A model generated the notes under the pieces. It worked only from the letters and a program-made list of their open reading frames with translations. It made no database searches and had not been told where the DNA came from. Shown here piece by piece: positions 25,510-32,000 of a stretch of 32,000 nt of DNA. Each line of letters opens with the position of its first letter. Position 1 is the first letter of the stretch. Position numbers and translations under genes: made by a program. This DNA is from Sinorhizobium meliloti (GTDB lineage: Bacteria; Pseudomonadota; Alphaproteobacteria; Rhizobiales; Rhizobiaceae), in NCBI RefSeq assembly GCF_017876815.1, contig NZ_JAGIOS010000001.1, positions 1,620,001 to 1,652,000 of the forward strand. The letters are read 5' to 3'.

Positions 25510-26994
25510 TCAATGGCCGTCTGCCAGCCGCGCGGCCTCGACGCATGCGGAACGCTCGATGCTGAGGCCGTTGAAGAAGGCATTGAGCACGACGGCCGAG
25601 ACCGCGGCCAGCACTATGCCGGACTCGATGATGGGATGGATCGCGTGCGGCATCCACATCAGGAAGTTGGGGGCGATCATCGGAATGAGGCCGAAGCCGA
25701 CGGAGACGGCGACCACGAACAGGTTGTTGCGCGAGGACTTGAAGTCGACCGTCGAGAGAATCCTGACGCCGGTTGCCGCCACCATGCCGAACATCACGAG
25801 CCCCGCACCGCCGAGAACGAAGGTCGGAACCGCCTCGACCAGCGCGCCCATCTTCGGGATAACGCCGAGCAGGATCATGATGACTCCGCCCATCACGCAG
25901 ACGTAGCGGCTCTTGACGCCGGTGACGCCGACGAGGCCGACATTCTGCGAGAAGCTCGTATAGGGGAATGTGTTGAAGAGACCGCCGATGATGGTGCCGA
26001 GACCGTCCACCCGAAGTCCGGCGGTCAATTGCTGCTGCTTGACCTCGCGGTTCGTCATCTCGCCGAGTGCCAGGAACATGCCGGTCGATTCGATCATCAC
26101 GACGATCATGACGAGCGACATGGTGGCGATCAGCACCGGATCGAAGATCGGCATGCCGAAGCGCAAGGGCGTCACGACGGCGAACCAGCCGGCGCTCGCC
26201 ACCCGATCGAAATGCATCATGCCGAGCAGGGCTGCCGCGACGCATCCGATCACGATGCCGATCAGAACCGCGATGTTGCTGATGAGCCCCTTGCCGAAAC
26301 GGGCCACCACGAGAATGGAGACCAGCACGAAGGCGGCAAGCGCCACATGGCCCGGTTCGGCATAGATCGGGTTCGGAACCGTGGCGCCGAGGACCAGCCC
26401 ATCCGGCACGGCCGGACCGCCGGTTGCGGCGAGCTGCTTCAAGCCGGCCAGCCACTGTGCGTGGGCCGGATCGACGAGTTTCGGCGCCGTCGGACCGAAG
26501 GGATTGCCGAATATCCAGTTGACGCCGACGCGCATCAGGGTCACCCCGATGACGAGAATGATGGTGCCGGTGACGACGGGCGGGAAGAACTTCAACAGGC
26601 GTCCCATGATGGGCGCGATGAGAAGCGCGACGAGGCCGGCGCCGATGATCGCGCCGAAGATCGTCCGTGCCCCGTCGATCCCGGGCGTCATGGCGGCCAT
26701 GGAGACCATCGGGCCGACGGCGGCAAAGGTGACGCCCATCATCACGGGAAGGCGGATGCCTATGCCCCTGGTCAGCCCCAGCGACTGGATGATGGTGACG
26801 ATGCCGCAGACGAACAGGTCCGCCGAGATCAGGAAGGCGACGTCTTCCGGGCTCAGCTGCAGCGCCCGGCCGACGATCAGGGGCACCGCGACGGCGCCGC
26901 CATACATGACAAGAACATGCTGTATCCCGAGCGTCGCAAGCCTGCCGATCGGCAGGCGCTCGTCCACGGGATGTATGCTGGATGCGTCGTTCAT
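25510..26994 (-). CDS. Nucleobase:cation symporter-2 (NCS2) family permease (xanthine/uric acid/uracil type)
   Basis: The start ATG at 26994 (MNDASSIHPVDERLPIGRLATLGIQHVLVMYGGAVAVPLIVG) is preceded by ggaggagga. NCS2 signature contexts are FPYTSFSQNVGLVGVTGVKSRYV. The track ORF (to 27099) is over-extended. Confidence 0.85.
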   Translation of the reverse strand: MNDASSIHPVDERLPIGRLATLGIQHVLVMYGGAVAVPLIVGRALQLSPEDVAFLISADLFVCGIVTIIQSLGLTRGIGIRLPVMMGVTFAAVGPMVSMAAMTPGIDGARTIFGAIIGAGLVALLIAPIMGRLLKFFPPVVTGTIILVIGVTLMRVGVNWIFGNPFGPTAPKLVDPAHAQWLAGLKQLAATGGPAVPDGLVLGATVPNPIYAEPGHVALAAFVLVSILVVARFGKGLISNIAVLIGIVIGCVAAALLGMMHFDRVASAGWFAVVTPLRFGMPIFDPVLIATMSLVMIVVMIESTGMFLALGEMTNREVKQQQLTAGLRVDGLGTIIGGLFNTFPYTSFSQNVGLVGVTGVKSRYVCVMGGVIMILLGVIPKMGALVEAVPTFVLGGAGLVMFGMVAATGVRILSTVDFKSSRNNLFVVAVSVGFGLIPMIAPNFLMWMPHAIHPIIESGIVLAAVSAVVLNAFFNGLSIERSACVEAARLADGH

Positions 26995-27200
26995 GGTTCC
27001 TCCTCCATCGCCGCGACCGTCCGTTCCCGTCCTCCAACGGGGGAGGGGAACTTTTCGTGCGGCGGGAGCATGCCGCAAGGGTGCAGGAAGTGCAAACACT
27101 TTCGGGTTTTTCGAGGGTAATCGGGCGCATCGGGGGCGATCCGGACGAGCATGCGCCCGGATCGCGTTTTCGCCGGTTCAGCGGAACGGATTGCCGTGTG

Positions 27201-28688
27201 TCAATGCGCTTCCGCGGCAAGCACGGGCACTTCCGTGCCGTTGGCGTCGTAGAGCTTGCCGTTGAGGAAATAGTCGCCGTCGTGCAGCCGCGCGATGTCC
27301 TGATAGCGCAGCGTCCGCTCCGTGCCGGCGACGAACACCGATTGCTGGTCCGAGTTCCCGGCGGTCATATGGTTGAAGATCAGGTTGAGGCTGATCGCCA
27401 TCAGCGCGGCGGAGCTGATACCGGAATGGAAGATCGTCTCGACCCAGGCCGGGAAATGCTCGTAGAAGGTCGGCGAGGCGATCGGAATCATGCCGAAGCC
27501 GATCGAGGTCGCGACGATGACCAGGTTCATGTTGTTGGCGTAGTCCACCTTCGACAGGGTGCGGATGCCGCTCGCCGCGACCGTGCCGAAGAGCACGATG
27601 CCGGCGCCGCCGAGCACGGAACTCGGAACCGCCGCGACGATGCGGCCCATGACAGGCAGAAGACCGAGCGTGACGAGAAACAGGCCGCCGGTTGCAACGA
27701 CATAGCGGCTCTTGACCCCGGTGACCGCCACCAGCCCGACATTCTGGGCAAAGGCGCTCTGGGTGAAGGAGCCGAAGATCGGTGCGAGCAGGCTCGACAG
27801 CATGTCGGCCCTGAGGCCGTCGCCGAGCCGGCGCGAATCCACTTTCGTCTCGATGATTTCGCCGACCGCCAGAATGTCCGCCGAAGGCTCGACCAGCGTC
27901 ACCATGATGACGATGAACATCGAAGCGATCGCCGCGACTTCGAAGGTCGGATAGCCGAAGTGGAAGACCAGCGGAAGCGCGAAGAAAGGCCCTTCGGTCA
28001 CCTGCGAGAAATCAGCCATGCCGGCGAAATAGGCTATCACCGTACCGATGATCAGGGCGAGCAGGATCGAGAGCCGCGAGATCGCGGCGCTTCCGAGCTT
28101 GCTGAGCAGGAGCACGATGACGAGCGTGACCGCTGCAAGCTGGATATTGGCGGGGCTGCCGAAATCAGGCGCACTGCTGTTGCCGCCCATGGCCCAGCGC
28201 GCGGCAACGGGCATCAGCGTCAGTCCTATGGTGGTGATCACGATGCCGGTGACGAGCGGCGGAAAAAAGCGGGTGATCCGCGAGAATATGGGCGTTATCA
28301 GCAGGCCGATCAGCGAGGCGGCAATGACGGCGCCGAGCACCGACTGAAGCCCCCCATTGCCGGAAATGGCGATCATCGTCGCCACGCCGGAAAAGGAAAC
28401 GCCCTGGACCAGCGGCAACTGGCTTCCGAAGAAGGGCAGGCCCATGGTTTGCAAAATGGTGGCGAGGCCGCCGGCAAACAGGGATGCCGTGATGAGCAGG
28501 CCGATGTCGCCGGAGCCGAGGCCTGCGGCCTGGCCCAGTATCAGGGGCACGGCGACGATGCCTCCATACATCGTCAGTACGTGCTGCAGGCCATAGGCCA
28601 GATTGGCGCCGATGCCGAGCTTCTCATCCTCCGGGCGCGTTGGTGATACGGTTTCCTCTGCACTGTTTGCCAAGGTAATCTCCTCCAA
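27201..28688 (-). CDS. Nucleobase:cation symporter-2 (NCS2) family permease, tandem paralogue
   Basis: Motifs seen are LGIGANLAYGLQHVLTMYGGIVAVPLILG and FGSFTQSAFAQNVGLVAVTGVKSRYV. The track start at 28688 is a TTG. An alternative TTG at 28673 sits 6 nt after ggaggag and may be the real start. Confidence 0.85.
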   Translation of the reverse strand: MEEITLANSAEETVSPTRPEDEKLGIGANLAYGLQHVLTMYGGIVAVPLILGQAAGLGSGDIGLLITASLFAGGLATILQTMGLPFFGSQLPLVQGVSFSGVATMIAISGNGGLQSVLGAVIAASLIGLLITPIFSRITRFFPPLVTGIVITTIGLTLMPVAARWAMGGNSSAPDFGSPANIQLAAVTLVIVLLLSKLGSAAISRLSILLALIIGTVIAYFAGMADFSQVTEGPFFALPLVFHFGYPTFEVAAIASMFIVIMVTLVEPSADILAVGEIIETKVDSRRLGDGLRADMLSSLLAPIFGSFTQSAFAQNVGLVAVTGVKSRYVVATGGLFLVTLGLLPVMGRIVAAVPSSVLGGAGIVLFGTVAASGIRTLSKVDYANNMNLVIVATSIGFGMIPIASPTFYEHFPAWVETIFHSGISSAALMAISLNLIFNHMTAGNSDQQSVFVAGTERTLRYQDIARLHDGDYFLNGKLYDANGTEVPVLAAEAH

Positions 28689-28849
28689 TACCTTTGCATG
28701 TCATCCACTTCCTACGAAGAAGGTGGCAAATAATGGCAGCGGCGATGGGGCGCTGCCTTACCGAAATTGGGGAAACAGTTTTCGCCTGGCGGGCGGTAAT
28801 GCTGCGGTGGTCGCAGCGGCGAGCGCGGGGTGACACCCGATTCGAAGCG

Positions 28850-28878
28850 AAAAAACCGGGGCCGTTTCCAGCCCCGGT
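28850..28878 (-). terminator. Rho-independent terminator of the ABC transporter operon (minus strand)
   Basis: ccggggc (28856-28862) pairs with gccccgg (28871-28877). On the minus strand it is followed by tttttt (complement of a28850-a28855). A second hairpin, acgccgccga / tcggcggcgt (28898-28921), lies directly after the SBP stop. Confidence 0.8.
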
Positions 28879-28928
28879 GCAGCATCTCCCCTGAAGAACG
28901 CCGCCGACGGATCGGCGGCGTCTATCGA

Positions 28929-30653
28929 TCAGTTCGTCTGCCAGCTCTTGACCAGCTCGTCATAATTGACGGTGGTCGGCTTTTCCTTCTCGTTCTCGAC
29001 CTTGAGCTGCGGTGCGAGGTTGCCGGCCTTCACGGCTTCCGCGTTCCAATATTCGAGGTCGTGCTCTTCGGCGAGCTTCGGACCGATGTCGCCCTGGACT
29101 CCCGCACGTTCCAGGCGCTGCAGCACCTTTTCCTGCTCGGCGCAGAGCGAGTCCATCGCTTCCTGGGCGGTCTTCGCGCCGGAGGAAGCGTCGCCGATCG
29201 CCTGCCACCAGAGCTGTGCCAGCTTCGGATAGTCGGGCACGTTCGTTCCGGTCGGCGACCACTGCAGGCGGGCCGGCGAACGGTAGAACTCGATCAGGCC
29301 GCCGAGCTTCGGGGCGCGTTCGGTGAAGCTCTGATGGTCGAGCGTCGACTGGCGGATGAAGGTGAGGCCGACATGGCTCTTCTTCACGTCCACCGTCTTG
29401 GAGGTTACGAACTGCGCGTAGAGCCACGCAGCCTTGGCCCTGTCGTCCGGCGTCGACTTCAGAAGAGTCCAGGACCCGGCGTCCTGGTAGCCGAGCTTCA
29501 TGCCGTCCTTCCAGTAGACGCCGTGCGGGCTCGGGGCAAAACGCCACTTCGGTGTGCCGTCCTCGTTCACGACCGGCAGGCCTTCCTTCACGAAGTCGGC
29601 GGTGAAGGCCGTATAGGTGAACATCTGCTGGGCGACCTCGCCCTGCGACGGTACCGGGCCGGATTCCGAGAAGGTCATGCCCTGGGCAGCAGCCGGCGCA
29701 TAGGCCTTCATCCAGTCGAGATATTTCTGGATGGCGTAGACCGAGGCCGGGCCGTTGGTGTCGCCGCCGCGCGCGACGCAGGATCCGACGGGCCGCGAGT
29801 TCTCGTCGACCTTGATGCCCCACTCGTCGACCGGCTTGCCGTTCGGGATGCCCTTGTCGCCGTTGCCGGCCATCGACAGCCAGGCATCGGTGAAGCGCCA
29901 GCCGAGCGACGGGTCCTTCTTGCCGTAGTCCATGTGGCCATAGACCTTCTTGCCGTCGATCTCGCGGCCGGTGAAGAACTCGGCGATGTCCTCATAGGCC
30001 GACCAGTTGACCGGAACGCCGAGTTCGTAGCCGTACTTCGCCTTGAAGTCCGCCTTGTTCTTCTCGTCGTTGAACCAGTCGTAGCGGAACCAGTAGAGGT
30101 TCGCGAACTGCTGGTCGGGAAGCTGGTAGAGTTTGCCGTCCGGAGCGGTGGTGAAGGATTTGCCGATGAAGTCGTCGATGTCGAGGTTGGGGTTGGTGAC
30201 GTCCTTGCCCTCGTTCGCCATGAAGTCGGTCAGGCTGCGCGCCTGCTGGTAGCGCCAGTGCGTGCCGATCAGGTCAGAGTCGTTGATATAGGCGTCATAG
30301 ACGTTCTCGCCCGACTGCATCTGCGTCTGCAGTTTTTCGACGACGTCGCCTTCGCCGATCAGGTCGTGGGTGATCTTGATGCCGGTGATCGCGGTGAAAG
30401 CCGGGGCCAGCACCTTCGATTCATATTCATGCGTGGTGATCGTTTCGGAAACGACCTTGATCTCCATGCCGGCAAAGGGCTTTGCCGCATCGACGAACCA
30501 TTGCATTTCCGCTTCCTGGGCAGCGCGGTCGAGCGAGGACATGTCGCCGACTTCCTTGTCCAGGAACTGCTTTGCCTCGTCCATCCCGGCAAATGCCGAG
30601 CCGGTAAATGCCAGCAGCATAGCCGCCGTCGTTGTCAAAAGGTGCCTTCGCAT
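28929..30653 (-). CDS. Large (574 aa) ABC transporter periplasmic solute-binding protein, carbohydrate/polyol type (probably glycerol-type system)
   Basis: The signal peptide is MRRHLLTTTAAMLLAFTGSAFA. It is the last gene of an operon with MalG-like permeases and a DUF2160-like small membrane protein. The glycerol assignment rests on my memory of the rhizobial glp ABC system and is inference. Confidence 0.8.
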   Translation of the reverse strand: MRRHLLTTTAAMLLAFTGSAFAGMDEAKQFLDKEVGDMSSLDRAAQEAEMQWFVDAAKPFAGMEIKVVSETITTHEYESKVLAPAFTAITGIKITHDLIGEGDVVEKLQTQMQSGENVYDAYINDSDLIGTHWRYQQARSLTDFMANEGKDVTNPNLDIDDFIGKSFTTAPDGKLYQLPDQQFANLYWFRYDWFNDEKNKADFKAKYGYELGVPVNWSAYEDIAEFFTGREIDGKKVYGHMDYGKKDPSLGWRFTDAWLSMAGNGDKGIPNGKPVDEWGIKVDENSRPVGSCVARGGDTNGPASVYAIQKYLDWMKAYAPAAAQGMTFSESGPVPSQGEVAQQMFTYTAFTADFVKEGLPVVNEDGTPKWRFAPSPHGVYWKDGMKLGYQDAGSWTLLKSTPDDRAKAAWLYAQFVTSKTVDVKKSHVGLTFIRQSTLDHQSFTERAPKLGGLIEFYRSPARLQWSPTGTNVPDYPKLAQLWWQAIGDASSGAKTAQEAMDSLCAEQEKVLQRLERAGVQGDIGPKLAEEHDLEYWNAEAVKAGNLAPQLKVENEKEKPTTVNYDELVKSWQTN

Positions 30654-30698
30654 TAAATCCTCCCTTGGGTTTTGCGATTGCGTTCACTTGCAGTTTCA

Positions 30699-30723
30699 AA
30701 GGGCGCCCGCGGTGAGCGCCCTT
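30699..30723 (-). other. Intercistronic stem-loop upstream of the SBP gene
   Basis: aagggcgc (30699-30706) pairs with gcgccctt (30716-30723) around a 9-nt loop. It lies 12 nt after the stop of the small membrane protein gene. No U-tract follows on the minus strand. Confidence 0.4.
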
Positions 30724-30734
30724 CGTTTGGTTCC

Positions 30735-31154
30735 TCAGACGTAGCGGAAGACGCCGACCGCATAGATCACCGACAGGGCGACCGCCCACCAGAGATTTGC
30801 GCCGACCAGCCCCAGCCAGGCGAGGTGAATGAATGCGCTTCCGAGCAGCGAGACGAAGAGCCGGTCGCCGCGGGTCGTCTCGAAGCGCAGGATGCCGACG
30901 CGCGGGTTTCCGCCCGGCCGGGCATATTCCCAGACGGCCATCAGCGACAGGAGCGCGAAGATCGTCAGAAAGAACATGGCGGTCGGGAAAGACCAGGCCA
31001 TCCAGCCGCCGGGGATCAGCGGGGCGAACCAGTCGGTCTTGCCGTCCTTGGCCGGCAGAACGGAAAAAAGCAGGCCGGCTGCGGTGAGATAGACGACGAG
31101 CACGGCGGCAAGCGCGACGGGCCAGCGGTTCTTGCGAGTGGCGATGGTTGCCAT
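30735..31154 (-). CDS. Small integral membrane protein (DUF2160-like) encoded inside the ABC transporter operon
   Basis: The real start is the ATG at 31154 (MATIATRKNRWPVALAAVLVVYLTAAG...), overlapping the permease stop (TGATG). The 139-aa protein has about 4 hydrophobic segments. The track ORF 30735..31835 is an out-of-frame extension into the permease gene. Confidence 0.6.
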   Translation of the reverse strand: MATIATRKNRWPVALAAVLVVYLTAAGLLFSVLPAKDGKTDWFAPLIPGGWMAWSFPTAMFFLTIFALLSLMAVWEYARPGGNPRVGILRFETTRGDRLFVSLLGSAFIHLAWLGLVGANLWWAVALSVIYAVGVFRYV

Positions 31155-31978
31155 CAGACCCTCCCCAGGGCGAAGCCCTTGGCGATGTAATTGCGAACGA
31201 AATAGATGACGAGCGCACCGGGGATGATCGTCAGCACGCCGGCGGCGGCGAGCACGCCCCAGTCGAGACCGGAAGCGGAGACCGTGCGCGTCATCGTCGC
31301 GGCGATCGGCTTGGCGTCGGTCGTCGTCAGGGTGCGGGCGATCAGCAGCTCGACCCACGAGAACATGAAGCAGAAGAAGGCTGCCACGCCGATGCCGGAC
31401 GCGATCAGGGGTAGGAAGATCTTCACGAAGAAGCGCGGGAAGGAGTAGCCGTCGATATAGGCGGTCTCGTCGATCTCCTTCGGCACGCCGGACATGAAGC
31501 CTTCCAGGATCCAGACGGCGAGCGGCACGTTGAACAGGCAATGCGCGATCGCCACCGCGATGTGCGTGTCGATGAGACCGAAGGCGGAATAGAGCTGGAA
31601 GAAGGGCAGCGCGAAAACCGCCGGCGGCGCCATCCGGTTGGTGAGCAGCCAGAAGAACAGGTGCTTGTCGCCGAGAAAGCGGTAGCGTGAAAAGGCGTAG
31701 GCTGCCGGCAGCGCCACCGTCACGGAGATCAGCGTGTTCAGGACGACATAGGTGATCGAGTTGATGTAGCCGTTGTACCAGGAGGGATCGGTAAAGATCA
31801 CCGCATAGTTCCGAAGCGTCGGATTCTGCGGCCACAGCGAGAAGGTGCTGAGGATCTCGCTCGTCTCCTTGAAGCTCATATTGACGAGCCAGTAGATCGG
31901 CAGGAGCAGGAAGACGATGTAGATCGTCGGCACCAGCCAGGAGAGGCGCTGCGAAAGTGGTTGCTTGTTGGTCATCAT
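31154..31978 (-). CDS. Carbohydrate ABC transporter permease (MalG/binding-protein-dependent inner membrane component)
   Basis: The N-terminus reads MMTNKQPLSQRLSWLVPTIYIVFLLLPIYWLVNMSF. The EAA-loop context reads VPKEIDETAYIDGYSFPRFFVKIFLPL. Confidence 0.85.
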   Translation of the reverse strand: MMTNKQPLSQRLSWLVPTIYIVFLLLPIYWLVNMSFKETSEILSTFSLWPQNPTLRNYAVIFTDPSWYNGYINSITYVVLNTLISVTVALPAAYAFSRYRFLGDKHLFFWLLTNRMAPPAVFALPFFQLYSAFGLIDTHIAVAIAHCLFNVPLAVWILEGFMSGVPKEIDETAYIDGYSFPRFFVKIFLPLIASGIGVAAFFCFMFSWVELLIARTLTTTDAKPIAATMTRTVSASGLDWGVLAAAGVLTIIPGALVIYFVRNYIAKGFALGRV

Positions 31979-32000
31979 GATGTCTCCTCCCTCCTTTCTC
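31975..32000 (-). CDS. Last 8 codons of an upstream gene (probably the partner MalF-like permease), cut by the window edge
   Basis: The minus-strand frame reads ...E R R E E T S stop, with TGA at 31977..31975 overlapping the ATG at 31978 (ATGA coupling). The fragment is too short to identify, and the call rests on operon logic. Confidence 0.3.

Noticed and set aside
25409-28646. Long ORFs 25409..27220 (-), 25513..27120 (+) and 26982..28646 (+) over the permease genes
   Set aside because: They are out-of-frame or antisense shadows with Arg/Asp/His-rich products. The NCS2 frames give coherent multi-TM proteins with family signature sequences.
28689-28850. Possible purine riboswitch or leader upstream of the distal NCS2 permease
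   Set aside because: I could not find the conserved purine-riboswitch junction or loop sequences, or a convincing three-way junction. The region also overlaps the terminator zone of the upstream operon. Only a cmscan could settle it.
28830-30656. 608-aa plus-strand ORF opposite the solute-binding protein gene
   Set aside because: It is an antisense shadow. It begins within the terminator region and has no motifs.

Overview
This is a high-GC alphaproteobacterial chromosome segment. Gene order and protein sequences look Rhizobiaceae, Ensifer/Sinorhizobium-like, but that rests on my memory of synteny and no search was possible.

The window is mostly core genes. In order they are: a TraB/GumN protein cut by the window edge and missing from the ORF track; xerC; a PlsC-like acyltransferase followed by an ABC-type AAA ATPase; an outer-membrane Slam/DUF560-like barrel coupled to a TbpB-fold lipoprotein; a divergent LuxR-HTH/alpha-beta-hydrolase fusion; transaldolase; priA; a small membrane protein; the F1 ATP synthase operon atpHAGDC; a saccharopine/lysine dehydrogenase-like gene with a divergent Lrp regulator; a membrane-anchored hypothetical protein; the manganese transporter sitABCD with a perfect palindromic Mur box and divergent fur/mur; an EamA exporter; two tandem NCS2 nucleobase permeases; and the distal part of a sugar/polyol ABC transporter operon (large SBP, DUF2160-like small membrane protein, permeases).

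I saw no rRNA, tRNA, CRISPR array, transposase or phage genes.

The most interesting block is 2.3-8.3 kb. It holds a Slam-type surface-lipoprotein export pair, apparently uncharacterised in rhizobia. It is flanked by an unusual LuxR/hydrolase fusion and by an acyltransferase-ATPase cassette.

Several GC-rich palindromic REP/MITE-like elements, short tandem repeats and intercistronic hairpins are also listed. Many long ORFs in the supplied track are antisense or out-of-frame shadows typical of high-GC DNA and were rejected. All family assignments come from motif recognition by eye and need HMM/BLAST confirmation.
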